Origin: Hormiphora californensis
Taxonomy: Eukaryota; Animalia; Ctenophora
Assembly (NCBI GenBank): GCA_020137815.1
Contig: CM035351.1
Coordinates: 8,556,001 to 8,620,000, forward strand
DNA length: 64,000 nucleotides
Reading direction: 5' to 3'
Both the position numbers and the translations under genes were made by a program. Under the pieces are notes generated by a model. The model saw only the letters and a list, made by a program, of their open reading frames with translations. It was not told the DNA's origin and did no database searches. Within the stretch, counting starts at the first letter, position 1. Each line of letters opens with the position of its first letter. Shown here one piece after another: positions 51,639-64,000 of the stretch.

Positions 51639-53074
51639 CGGTGAACGGATAAGATCAATGTTGTTTGTGTAGTAACTGAAGAAAACCCGTTTACCGGATT
51701 CCAAGCACATTCTATTTCTCTTTCTCTCCCTCCCTCTCTCTCCCTATATCTCTCTGGCTGTCACTTTCCGAAAACCTTTCGTCCAATAATTTAAAGATAC
51801 CTATCTCACTCCCACACACTCTCTCCCACTCACTAAAACTGTATAAAACTGTGTCTAGACTTGACTGAAAAATATCTCACTTTATGTCGGTAGGTTCAAA
51901 GCGAGTGAGTTCAGTTATACCTGAATCAGTACACAAACGAGATATCACTACCCCCTTCTATCTTTCTCTATCTCCCTTCTATCTCTTTCTCTATATCCCT
52001 TCTATCTTTCTATCTTGTTAAAAGTAAGCAGCTATTGTTCTAGCACGTCAATGACGCAGTGATACAAAACAGTAGATTGGAACTTGCGGTTATTGAACAC
52101 TCACGAGGTCGTATTATCATCGTAATTAATTTTTCAACAAGAAAATTTAGAACCTAAATACCAGACAGAAGCCTAAGTTTTTCTACCTCTCAACCCAGAC
52201 ACCGCATAAAAGCAGAATATTTTCTTTTTATAGCTATCAGCACCCACAGCAAGTGAAGGGTGTGGATAATAAGTTTTCAACCAGACCAGATTACAACACA
52301 ACCTACAAAAGACACATCTGAATACCCAAAACGATCATTGGCCAACAAAGTAAAACCCAAAGGAGACAAGTATTAGGCTACAACAAGAGAAGGTCCCCAC
52401 ACAAAAGACCGAAACATATGTTTCTGCGTAACACCGTGGGAATACTTGAATATCGTGCTGACGATATATTCATTATTTCGTTCTCTCTATCTCTCTATCT
52501 CTATCTCTCTCTTTCTCTCTCTCTCTTACTCATACAGTGCTACTGAGCTATTCTCGCTTGCTTGATTACCCTCAATCTTTCCCTCTCTCCCTCCTCTCTC
52601 TCCATGATTTTACTCAAACTCCGTCGTGTGTGTACGTTTTAATGTCAACAAAATCCGCATAATATGCCCCGTATCTTGCTCTCTTTTTCTCTCAGTTGCT
52701 CTGGATCACTGAACGTTTGATTCCATCTCCCAGTGGTAGAATTATTGCTAGTGAGATAGATAGAGATGAGAAGGAGAGATAGAGATGATAAAGAGAGAGC
52801 AAGCTGTTCTCGACAAGCATCTCGCAACACTCGCGTTCTTTCGGCGGCCTACTTCAAAGGGGGGAGGCCTATTGCTCTCTCGCACTATTTTGTTGTAAGA
52901 CTCCTCTCTCCGTCTCTCTCTCTTTTTTTCCTGTTTCTGAACTCGCCCCTCCTCCTACTGATCCTTCTCCAAGCCATGAGCCACAGTCTCGAGAGAAGAC
53001 ATGGGCAGACGTACACACTAGAGCTCCATCGCAGGAACTTTGAAATCTGCCGCATAGAGAGTGGAGAGAGAGAG

Positions 53075-53110
<36 letters not shown>

Positions 53111-56036
53111 GGGTGAGAGAGAGAGAGAGGAAGGGTGAGAGAGGGAGAGAGGAAGGGTGAGAGAGGAAGGGTGAGAGAGAGAGAGAGTCAATTGAGGTCA
53201 CAAAGATTCCGCTTGGTTCTCAAGTCGGGGGATTACAAGATCACAGAGATCTACTTCGGACCACATCAGAAATTGTCATCTAATTGCTTGTAATCACAAA
53301 CTCCGATCGCCCCCCTTTCAGGGTGAGAGAGGTCTGTGGGACAAATAGTGTTTGAAAAAGAGAGAGAGAGCAACAAGCCGGGTCTCCACAAGCAGAAGAA
53401 GCCCGGAGGGTAATGAAGTTGCTGTCAAGGATTTATTAGGTAGTGTTGCAGTTGGTTGATCTTATTAACCCTCGTACCCCTCCCTCAGGCAGCTGTCATA
53501 CATCCAATACTAAACGAGGTCTCGTGTACCGGTGAGGTCTCGTGTACCAGGGAGAGGGTGGAGATATGGTAGACAGAGGAAGGGATGGTCAACCATGAAA
53601 ATGACAAGAAGTCACTTGTCATATGGAGAGAGAGAGAGCATATATGTGTAATGATGAATCCTCCTGAGGATAGCATATATATGATATTGCCTTCTCCCCC
53701 TCCATGACGTATTCTATATTGCTCACCTCGGTTATAGTAAGCCCAGAGTTGAGACAGAGGTTATATTTGTGGGGTGGTTTCGGGGCGACGGTGGGACAGA
53801 CAACATGGTTTTGTAGTTTACTGACAGGGTCAAGAGACTCCATTTGAAAGAGGAGGCGAGACGGAGTAGTGGAAAGATGGTTGAGACAGGAGCGAGAAAG
53901 TGAGACAGGAGTAGAAGGGGTTGGCGTGTCTGCTTTATATTGCGGGACGAGGGGAGCATCGGGGAGGGAGGGAGTAAGAGAGAGGGAAAGAGAGGGAAAG
54001 AGAGGGAGAGACTATGTGAGAGAGGGAGAAAGAGAGAGAAGATGTAGTGTGTATAAGTGGCGGTTGAAATCATGCAGAAAGCCATTAGGGGCTTAATGGA
54101 ATTCCCTCTCTCTCGCGTATGATACCATTGAAACAAAAATCGATATATCACAGGGAGCTGAGGGTGAAAGAAAGGGAATAAAAATGGGTGAAAGGAGGAC
54201 TAAAATATAAATTGTGGGGGGACTGGGATGGGGTTGTAATTGGTACGACGTTTCATGTTTCTATAGTGACCAGATCCCGACCTGATATTCCTGCTACTAT
54301 TTCTTGGTCGTGTATTTACAGACGAGTAGTACATAGAGCTGCTCATGATCCCGCAAGTACTTTACTCTCTCTGTCTCTCTCACTAACTCTTTCTCTCTTT
54401 CTCTCTTTCTCTCTTCCACTCTCTCAACTTGTTTCAGTAAGCTAAAGTTACAAAATCCGCTCCACTAATCAGCGCAGACGAGGGAGGTCACGTGATCGGG
54501 CCGGTGTGGTTAGGGGACCAATACAGAGCCACCCGAGGTACACATCTGATCTGCAAACTACCCTTACTGATGACACTAACTGAGCAGCAGGATCAGACAC
54601 ATCCCTTTCTATCTCTTTCCCTCTCTCTTTCTATCTTTCTCTCTCCCTGTCTCAAACCCGTCCCAACCTTGATTCCAATTCTTGCAGAGAAATATGATAG
54701 ATCATCCGATCACGATGGGCCTAACGTCGTGCGTGTATTGTATTCCAATGCAATGATAATATGAATTACGAATATGAAATATGAAAATGATAGCCTCCTC
54801 TTGGGATAAATATGGAGCTGAGAACTTACTAGCACATTAAAATGACAGAGGTTTTTCAATACCCTATTGTCCATCCCAGCAGCCCTTGAATTATAGTAAT
54901 CCATCAAAAAGTTACACGCCCCCAGTCTACCTCGTGTGCCGTAGCATTACCCGACATGTGAATGAAGCTAGGGCCATGTGAGTGAAGCTGGGGAAATACA
55001 GTGAGGGAAAGGGATAGTAAAGATGGGGTAGTTAGCAAGGGATCGGAGTAAGAGATTGAGAGTAAATTCCGAACATAGCACTAACTGCTCCTCTCCTTAC
55101 ACTGCCTATTGAGGAATAATCGAGCACAGAGAGGAGTTATAATAGTGGAGATGAGCTTTGGAATCCACTGCATACTAACTAATACACACACACATTCCCT
55201 CCCCCACACACACATTGAATGGAGCTTAATGGAATGTGAGATATTATCAAGTTTAACAAGTGGGTGTGAGAGATAATATTAAGTTTAACAAGTACTAACC
55301 TGTTGTGCACTTGGTTCCACTGTACCCAGTCCCGGCACACTCACACTCCATCCCATCCTCAAGACTCAGGCAGGTTCCCCCGTTCCTACAGGACTCCCCT
55401 TGGGAAACTTGATCACACTTCACTTGTCCACAGCCATCAGCAGTTCCCTGTTCCTCGACTATCATGTTCGAAGCAAACCGCTCACTATCCCCACGGCGGG
55501 TGCTCTGGAAATTCCGGATACACCCAGTAAATCGGGGCTCCAGGGCCAGATCAGGTTCGACGAGAGTTTCTGTGTTGTAGGTGCTCACTCCCCCGATATA
55601 ACTGTTACTGGTTAGGATGAGGGTGCTGTCAGCTGCCCCGATATCAAAACTTTGCTCTTTGTTCCAGTTATCGTCAAGGTATACCACCATTCTGCTGGGG
55701 AAGACTTGGACCCGAATCTTGTGAAACTGTCCATCAGACAGACCCGATCCGATATCGAATGATACCCGGCCACTGCCAAAGTCCGTTTGTACGAATGATC
55801 CGCTCGTTGGCCAGTTGGATTTTCAGGAAGTCACTGGATCCCGGTCCGCCATCAGAGTAGTACAAGAGGGCGTTTTTAGAAAACGTCTTAAATTGCATCA
55901 TCATGATTCCCTGGCTGTCGAGAGCCCAGGAGCGATATTTAGCGAATGTGTTCTGCCCATAGTAGAATGTCCTATCTTGAGATATGGCAGCGAGGGTTCC
56001 GGAAGCCGCTAAAAGCGTCAACAGCAACAAAATCAT
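35104..56036 (-). CDS. NRXN: Alpha-neurexin (exons 56036-55300, 40929-40829, 40355-40214, 39851-39551, 39074-38884, 38778-38405, 38319-38188, 38094-37825, 37660-37454, 37282-37075, 36895-36737, 36614-36324, 36165-35987, 35841-35104)
   Basis: Signal peptide, three LamG-EGF-LamG modules, S/T stalk, TM helix, 4.1-binding-like RRKQGVYKTNE, class II PDZ tail KREIYM. Every junction is GT-AG and phase-consistent. One extra base near 55796. Confidence 0.93.
41091..41178 (-). CDS. Alternative first coding exon of neurexin (signal peptide)
   Basis: MNSFLCFLCFTISYCITPALS-LVYTHHRY, then a phase-1 G|GTACGG donor 161 nt from the phase-1 LamG2 acceptor. Confidence 0.65.
41268..41301. promoter_or_regulatory. 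CCAAT box plus palindromic E-box GTCACGTGAC, putative internal promoter
   Basis: Lies 90-125 bp upstream of the alternative ATG at 41178. Confidence 0.45.
42800..42930. repeat. Short tandem repeat of GCACGCCCCAATTGGTAGAATCATG
   Basis: Two full and two partial units, each with CCAATTG. Confidence 0.75.
43407..43412 (-). other. Candidate 6-nt neurexin microexon
   Basis: Pyrimidine-rich ...cattcctccacgctccag|GTCATG|gtatgt; frame-preserving. Confidence 0.35.
43996..44028 (-). other. Candidate 33-nt neurexin cassette exon (DGSPPLLAQCA)
   Basis: cttctctcctcgctcctttccactccag|...GTGCAC|gtaagt; open in phase 1. Confidence 0.5.
44868..45881. mobile_element. ~1-kb foldback element in neurexin intron 1
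   Basis: ~470-bp near-perfect inverted arms around a short spacer near 45380. Confidence 0.88.
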
Positions 56037-56314
56037 TATTGTTATCAACGCATGAACTGTAATGAAATACGAGTTAGAGATTAGGAAATAAGAAGATTCA
56101 GATTGAAATTTCAATTTTCAGAAATGGCATTAAACAAAATTGAGCAAGGCAATAAATTGATCATTTAAGTTCGAAAACATAAATCTGGAAAGCTGTTAAA
56201 TTCAAATTTAAATTTTGACTTAAGTCCAAAAGATTATTACTCCATCTAACATCTTATAGTGAATGTTTGACCAGTCTGAGAGGACCGGGTGTACCATCCG
56301 CGGTAGGAGAAGAG

Positions 56315-56517
56315 GGTTTGCAGCTGGGAGCTGCAGCAGTTCTCGCGTTTGCCAGAGTTCAGAGTTGATTCAGACATTCACAAATCACAACACAAGTAAT
56401 TTCAAATGGGAATTGTTACTGATGAGGGCACCCGTTGCCGAAACGTTTGAAAATTCCCATTTGAAATTACTTGTGTTGTGAAAGTCTGAATCCTACTGCA
56501 GCTCCCAGCTGCAAACC
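56315..56517. mobile_element. MITE just upstream of neurexin exon 1
   Basis: TIR GGTTTGCAGCTGGGAGCTGCAG/CTGCAGCTCCCAGCTGCAAACC plus internal inverted arms. Confidence 0.8.
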
Positions 56518-57446
56518 ATCATCTTGTAGTGAAGGAATTCATTAAATCAAAAAGTTGTAATCTGTCAGCAGCGTAATCAACTTCAAGAAAGTTTCTTACG
56601 GATCCAGCACATACAATAAAGGATTGCGATAGATTTCCTTTACAGACACAACGCACAGGAGAGTGGAGACAGCTTGAAAAGTGAAGGTCGAGTGAAGTTC
56701 TTGGCATACGTTGCAGGCCCCTTATAATATAATATATGAGGGGGCTGCAGCGCATTCCAAGTGAAGTTCGAATTTTCAAAGTGAGCAAAAATTGAAAACT
56801 ACTGAACCGCATAAATCCAGCGCGCCGCGCGGCACAATCTTAAAAGATTTATTGCGCGTGATTTCTTTGCGCGCGGGATTTTTTTGCCAAATGCTGAGTG
56901 CTCACAATTTGGTGATTTGGGACATTACTTCCAATGCCGGTCACTGGTCATTTTCCAAATTCCAATCGGATGGTCAATTCACGTAGATTGAGGCATTGAA
57001 CTGGAAGAGCTTCGGTCACTTCTCTATCCCATATCCTGGATATTATCTAGTGGAAATGGAATTGCAGTACAGTCTGTCTGGCGATTTAATTCAGTGCACT
57101 CAGAGTCAGAATCTGAGTCAGATTGGGTCGGCGGAACACCTATTCACGATCAGACCACGCACAAACAGGTGTCTAGGGTCAAGGGGGACTGGGGAGGGAA
57201 ATTAAAACACTGAATCTGTTGAAAAGATTATTAGATTGAGTCAAAACTTAGATCCAAATTCCAATACTATACAATTACATTTACACGTTGAACAGATACG
57301 GAGAATAAAAACTAAACACATGCTAAATATAACATAGCAACACAAGTAAGTCGGCTGAACAGAAACAGTAAAACGACACGAATTAGTAAACCTGTTTACT
57401 TATTCAAAAATCTCACTCCCTCTCTGCCCTGTCCCTTTCTCCATCA

Positions 57447-60400
57447 CTAAGGGTTATGTTTTACTGTAAACGTGGGTACACTGACATCCAGAATTATGGT
57501 ACAGTCCTTCTGTTGTTTGACAGACCCATCATTGTACTTGATTCTACACGTGTAAATACCAGCGTCCTTCTTCCGTAAACTCAGAATGTGAACCTGAAAA
57601 GAACAAGGAACGTCAGAGATGGGTTTAGAATTTAACCCAAGTTATGGCCATCCCGGTTTTGGGAGCTAGCATTATCTGAATCAGATCAATAACGTATAAT
57701 TCTCACCTCTCTCCGATCGTTCTCAAACCGGACACGGTACCGGGGACTAATTCTCTTGTGATTGTGAAGCCACGTTATGTGATGCTTTTTAATGTGGGCT
57801 GGGAAAATATCCACACGAATTTTAACGCTGTCCTTCAGAACACCTCGGACTATTTCTTCCCCGTTCCACGGATCAATCTTCAGCTCCATTCCTTCCAGAT
57901 CTGAAGTTAAAATTAAATTTTATGTACCGAAGTATTATGTAAATAAGGACTACTACCCAGCCCATAATTATAATAATTTAATGGCCTGCTCACTATTTCA
58001 AACACCCCACAAAACATGCAGGGATAGGATGGAGAAGCAATGTTTTCACTTTGCAGATAGTCCCACAGGGGGGAGGGGGGTGTGGTGGCTGTCACACACT
58101 TACGTTTTAGAGTAACAGCAGATTTAGAGGATGCAGTTGCTGGTTCTTCACTTTCCTCCTCTTCATCCTCTTCAAACTCAGCGGGAGAAGCAGAGTTGTG
58201 CCCTGATCCCACTGCATGAACAGCAGCAGGGGAAAGGGAGGCGGGAGCGGCACGACGTAGTGAATCATACACCTGGTAATGAAGAAATAGCTTCACTCTA
58301 TTGGACCAACCAATACTATTTCTTGGTAACGAAATTACCCCTCGTAGTTCCTAACTAAGACATCGCGGTAGTAAGGCACGTTTTAGCGTTCCCGCAAGGT
58401 AGGGATAATTTCGTTAGGTACCAATACTATTTCTTAGTTCAAATGGGACTAACTCGGCTACAAATATTATAATATGATCTACTTCATCAGGGTTAACTTA
58501 CATTACTCCTTTGCCCAGTGGCGTTGCTTCCAAAATCACTGTTATCAGATGTTATCTGGGATTGGTAATGTAGATCAGGGGTTGAATGACGCTGGTGTAG
58601 GTCTGTCTCAGACGTTTGCAGGAACCTAAAGAAGGATTAATTTACAAATGATGTGATTACAAGTATAGTACAGTATAACCATCAAATAAATAACTTGGTA
58701 CAATATTATTTCTTTCCCGCCAACTAACCTTAGGGCATCTTCCAGGGGAACAAACCCAGGGAGGGCAGAAAAGTCAGCAACTGTAAGGGATTTCCACGTG
58801 TTTGGATTGCTGCCCCGTCTACTGGCGACTGCAGACCGTGGTGGGGAGGAGATGGTATGGGATTGGTAGGATTGCGAGGCAGGGGCAGATTGGTAGGTTT
58901 GCAAGGGGGCAGCCACTTGGGTTGGCGGGTGGAGACTCTGTGTTAGAGAGGTACTGGAGTTCTGTTGTAATTGCTGTAGTTGTTGCTGCTTGGCCTGCTG
59001 AGTATGGGTTGGGTGGTGGTTAGTGGACAGTTATCACAGCTGACAATGATGCATTGTTCCCTGTCACGAAAAAGAATTCTAACAAAATTCCCCCTGTTCA
59101 CAGAGACAACCAAAGCCAGAAACCCTCGCCTACCAGCCTACCCCCCAAATCCCCAATCCCCCAAATAAATACCCCCGTCCCTGCTTACAGGGTTATAGTG
59201 GCCGAGTTTCTCGTGTTTAGCAGGTGGACATCCACAATAGTTACAGTTGTATCCCTTCTCCACTTCGTACTGGGCACAATCCTCGCAGGCCACACACCTG
59301 CCCCGCACTGTACCTCGGATATCCACATTTGTTACAGTCTGACCCGTTCCTGTGTGGAAGAAATTAGGCGTGTTTTACTAAGAAATAGATAGTGCAGATT
59401 AGAGTCATGACTAGATAACTTTTCTGATGGTTGAAACAGGATTTTACATACAACATGTATCGACTATCTCGAGGTTTTCAACAAGGCTAGCCGCAAGTTT
59501 TACTGTCTATGATGTACTAGAGGTGAGGTATGAATAGTACACGTCGCAAGACATGAGGATGACCGATTGAGCCTTTGCATAAAGCTGAATATAGGATCAC
59601 TACATTCTACGTGCCACCCAGGTAGCAAACACAGTAACTATAGCTGTCAGAGTATTGGCCTGACCTTATTCTTTCAAATGTTATGCATGCGGAGCGCATG
59701 AGAACTGTGGTCAGAGCATTGACAGAACCATGGTAACCATGGTAACGTTACCTATGGTTGTGATGGAGATAATGCTGCTGGGCGGAACAGCGGAGCCGCC
59801 ACTCATCATCATGAGAGAGATATTATTGATAACACACACAAACAAAAACACACAAGCTGCAATATATCGTTAACAAAAAGAGGGCGGAGCTCTCAGTTTC
59901 CTCTGGTGGCGTGTGTAACAAGCGAGATAAAGCAAGCCGGGTATGTAGACAAAAACACAGAGAGAGCTTGAATCAAATGAGGAATAATCTTACAGGAGAA
60001 ACATAACAAAACGGAGATGTAGAATAAATTACCTGATAGTGTCTTTGAGCGTTTGGTAGCCGCTTTCACTTGTTGATCCAAAACCAGTTCACTGCTCCTA
60101 TTGGCTGATTGGATACGGTTCCGAGATAGGGTTACCCCATTAACTTCTGTATAGATAGCAGAGGATTTGGTCAGGTCCCGTAGAGGGGGACCTGTATACT
60201 TGGAGTTAGACTGGAGGAGGAAGATCTGGATCTCTGACCCTCCCTGATCCTCGGTGGAGATGTTGTTCTATGGGTCCCTGTTCTCATGCCTAGCAGTAGC
60301 CTCCATCATGACAGGCTCACGTTTGACTGGACTGAGGGATCCTCCTAGCTGCTATATCAGTAGACCTAATCGTGGAATAAACATCCCGCTTATTGACCTC

Positions 60401-62460
60401 TTGGGTCGGTGTTGGCGGGTCTAAGAGTACTGGTTCCCGTAGATTACTCAATCGTCTTATTAACTCCTTCTGACTCCCTGTTTCACTAACTCCCTCGTTT
60501 GAATTCTGCTGCTGTTTCAGCATTAATAGAATCCCTAACTGGTTCGGTGTAAGTTGGGGAGAGAGCCTGTCTAGTCAGTGACCCATTTGCTATGACACTC
60601 TCCCTGGACGCTCTTTACTCGGACTAATTGTCCCTTGCAACACTTCTATCTCAGCTACAAAGGGTGACCGTTCAAGTTGTCCGGGGCTAGATGCACACCT
60701 ATTCCTATCCTCTGTCCTATTCTCCTGAACCTCCTTGAATGCCAGTGTTTGTCGCTTCAACTTCTCTGGAGAGTCATCTGACATGGAGCTGATCTGACGT
60801 TCAGTCTGCATTTGTTCCCTCCGCAACACAGCCGATATCTTCCCCCTGTTCGGCCGGTCCGGAGGTGAAACATCCTCAAGAACCGGGTCGGTACATCCTC
60901 GGGGGGCGTCACATATCGCTGGTATGGACTCGGAGGAAGAGTCGGTGGGACTGTTCTCACTAAAACACTTTAGACACCATTCCCTAAGGCACATCACATC
61001 GCGACGTGCCGATGATCGGTAGATACAGTTCACAAGCTATAGAGAGAGAAATGGTATGTGACCCAGCTTACTCAACAATATGTGACAGGGATACATTTAC
61101 ATTTATATGTAGAATCGTATCTTGAGAAAACTGACGCATAACTAACTGCATACAGACGACAATGCCTAACTACATCCCAATGTCAAAGCGTAGCCCTACG
61201 ACTTGTTGAGGCTGCGTATGGTGGCGTTTGCCGAAACGTGCTTCCAAAAAGAGCAAAAGGCAATAGTAGCAAAAATAAGAAAATTGAGATGAAAGACTGT
61301 GGTACATACTTTCAAAATTGAGCAAGGTCAGAAGGTCTATACTACAGATGTATTAATGTATAGAATGTACTATATACTATATCGTATATAGTCTAAGACC
61401 AAATACTGCCCTAATAAGTTGGTAAATAAACATTAATTCTCAAGTGCACTATAAATACCAACTATCATTCATTTTCAAGTCTCCACTAGGTAAACTTAAT
61501 TGAGCTAACAATTAGTGATTATGTACCAAAGGTTGAAGTAAAACTAAAAGCTAAATACGGCAAAATCAGCTACTTCAAAAGACAGATTTATGTCGCGTGT
61601 GTAAGCATGTGACTCCCCCACACATATATCTGACACGCTTACACAAGGTTTCACTTACCAGGATTTTTAAAATGCCATCCAGCAGAGGATATTATAGGGA
61701 ACAAGGAGGAGGAGGATGAGGTTGAGAAGGGGCTGAACGGGCTGCCAGAGCTGAGAGGACTTGGCGGGGCATCTGGCCTAATAAAGAAAGGGTTGGTTAG
61801 TAGTTTCTAGTAGTCTTTATAAATAAGGTGTACGTATTTTTCTCAGTGTAAAAAGTATCAATACCTTCGTATCAGTACGTTGACTTGAGGCGGCAACCCA
61901 TTTGCTAAGGCAAGGATACGCTTCTTTAGCTCGTGGGATATTTCTGAAGCCATGGAGGAGCTTGATGTTGAAGAGGTATCATCACCAGGTCCCAGTATTG
62001 CAGAGGACACATCAGTGTCATCAGAGTCCTCAAATCTGCTCCCATAATCGATCTTGGCAAGTTTTGGAAAGAACACTTTGTCAAACCAAAAGTCAGCCTT
62101 TTCTAAGATTTGTATGACCTTTTCATCAAGTTTCTTTTAACTTTTGGTTTTGGTAATGTTTTGGCAGGGCTTGGTGTTGCAGGCTTCTCCTTTTCTTTCT
62201 TTTTACGGGTGATAGCATGTCGTAACAGAGTCTCACTGTATAGCGTTCTCTTCATCTGGTCGTCAGTCATATCAGCTGTGATCTCCAAGATCAGAGGGTG
62301 TATCTGGTAACCTGATGTGAGGGGTTCTGATTCATCATATGTGAAGTTGGTCTCCGTCGGGGATAGTTCTGAATCTTCTTTGATCTCTACAGGCTCCTGA
62401 TTGAAGCACATCGTGTTTCGGACATCGAAACGATTAGAAGAGTCTTGAAAACGACTCAAC
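57447..62460 (-). CDS. Uncharacterised protein: low-complexity N-terminal region, Cys/His zinc-binding motif, Q/S/P-rich linker, C-terminal Ig-like domain; 5' end unresolved
   Basis: RGRCVACEDC...CNYCGCPPAKH; Ig motifs ITWLHN and DAGIYTC; the phase-1 donor at 60033 fits the acceptor at 59349. Several apparent indels make the model approximate. Confidence 0.6.
59752..59812 (-). CDS. Alternative first exon (MMMSGGSAVPPSSIISITTI) of the Zn/Ig gene
   Basis: Triple ATG, 61 nt, phase-1 AG|GTAAC donor compatible with the acceptor at 59349. Confidence 0.55.
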
Positions 62461-62658
62461 CTGGAAAAATGAGTTATTGTAAGCTGGTCTATTAGTATTA
62501 CACTATTAATAATAGTATTAGTGGTCCGTCAGAATGCTGGCCCAATCCTGAATCCATTGTGCAATGAAATGGCAGCCAACGAATGCCCGGCCCTTGTTCG
62601 CTCATCTCTAAGTTTGACATGTTCCCAATCTGTCGGCTCTCACCGAGCTCGAAGGAAA

Positions 62659-63269
62659 CCTAGCCAAGTCAAAGCCGAGCTCGGAGTCGGCCGGCCCTGA
62701 CAATTAATTGTGAAGTTAACTTCACAACTAATTGTCAGGGCCGGCCACCGGATCGCGACCTGGAGCTCCATGGAGTCAGGAGTGGTTGCGGCGACCAGCT
62801 GTGGTCAGCTGGAAGACACTCAAATGACCGGTCATGACCACCAGATAATCACAAAATAGTCACACACACATGACAGTACACACACACTGCACTGTCAGTG
62901 ATAGTGTGTTCTGTGTGACAGTGCCACACAAAACACACTATCGAAAGAGACGAAAAACGTCGGCGGCGAGTTCGCTTTAAATAAATTAAAACATAGCGCC
63001 GCGCAAACGAGTAGGCGCGCGCGGTGTTGAAACAAAAATCTGAATCTTTCGAATAAACTTTTTTTTCGGATCTTTTTTCAAAAGTGTTTTTGGGTCTCCC
63101 CAAACTTCGCCTCCAATCATCACAAATTGACCTACACTCTACAGTCATAGTTTTTGTTGCTAAGTATGTAGTTATTAAGATGCATTTGATATGTGAGGAG
63201 TGAAGCGCATCGCATGCATCTCACATCACTGCAGTCGCCAGTCAGCAGTGCTGCGACAGCTTGGCTAGG
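62659..63269. mobile_element. Possible MITE with clustered palindromes
   Basis: CCTAGCCAAG/CTTGGCTAGG ends and a ~56-bp palindrome at 62690-62746. No TSD seen. Confidence 0.4.
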
Positions 63270-63279
63270 GATCCGATTC

Positions 63280-64000
63280 TACTTTTCTCAACAAATCCGA
63301 GTTTCGTGATGCTCTTGCCCTGAGGTATGACCTTTCCCTTCGGGAGTTTCCCAACCATTGTGCTTGTGGTAAACCAAACTCCATTGAACACTGTCTAACT
63401 TGTGCTCGTGGAGGCTATGTGCATCTCAGGCACAACCAGATTCGCGATCTAACTGCCAATCTTCTAGTGGAGGCTGGGTGTACGGATGTTAAAGTGGAGC
63501 CCATCTTCTCCCTCTAACTGGTGAGACACTCCAATATGCCTCCGCGATCACCAATGATGAGGCACGTCTTGATGTCTCGGCTCGTGGTGTCTGGTCTGAC
63601 TTATCAAAACTGTTCATTGATGTCCGCATCTTCAATTCTCGAGCCCCAACCAATAAATCATTGCCAGTCAACAAGGTTTTGAAGAAGCACGAGGACGAGA
63701 AGAAGCGTGCTTATGGAGAGCGTGTACTGCAGGTGGAGAAAAGCTCCTTCACACCAGCTGTTTTCTCTACCTCTGGAATCATGGGCGATGAGGCTGACAA
63801 ACTTTACAAACAAATTGCCCACCTACTCTCAAAAAAGACCAAACAGTCCTACCCCGATTGCATCCGGTATATCAGACAGAGACTATCTTTCTGCCTGTTA
63901 AAAACTCTTATCATTAGTCTCCGGGGTCATCGTGGCCAGAGCCCGAAGAGTTTTAGTGATCGCAATGACATTAACATTTTATACATGATTAAAAACAATA
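63280..64000 (+). mobile_element. 5'-truncated CRE-clade non-LTR retrotransposon (zinc knuckle + RLE)
   Basis: EFRDALALRY...CACG...HCLTCARGG...RHNQIRD...ARLDVSARG...DVRIFN...HEDEKKRAY...FSTSG; 1-bp frameshift near 63502; the frame runs off the window. Confidence 0.88.

Noticed and set aside
55734-56114. Neurexin exon 1 as a pseudogene or separate short gene
   Set aside because: Removing one base restores a continuous LamG1-EGF1 exon, and similar indels occur across the window.

Overview
Compact animal genomic DNA with short GT-AG introns and dense (GA/CT)n tracts. The style resembles a non-bilaterian such as a ctenophore, but that is an impression, not a determination. Hand-assembled gene models: 3' end of WDR90 (+), a C2H2 zinc-finger gene (+), ABHD11 (+), an Emi1/Emi2 (FBXO5/43)-like F-box gene (+), an ataxin-7-like gene (-), a candidate tiny neuropeptide precursor (+), a complete alpha-neurexin (-; 6 LamG + 3 EGF + TM + PDZ tail, about 1340 aa) and an uncharacterised Zn-motif + Ig-domain gene (-). 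The rest is transposon-derived: a non-autonomous LTR element, TTAA-flanked Kolobok-like MITEs, MULE/hAT-like MITEs, an ORF1-only LINE, R4/Dong and CRE retroelement 3' ends, and a triplicated MITE patchwork. Main leads: (1) the 14-kb neurexin intron at the vertebrate splice-site-1 position holds an internal signal-peptide first exon, giving a beta-neurexin-like short isoform that starts at LamG2, plus candidate frame-preserving 33-nt and 6-nt microexons; (2) a spliced ~58-aa prepropeptide missed by the ORF track. Several genes carry single-base frameshifts, probably assembly errors. All models are read by eye and need transcript confirmation.
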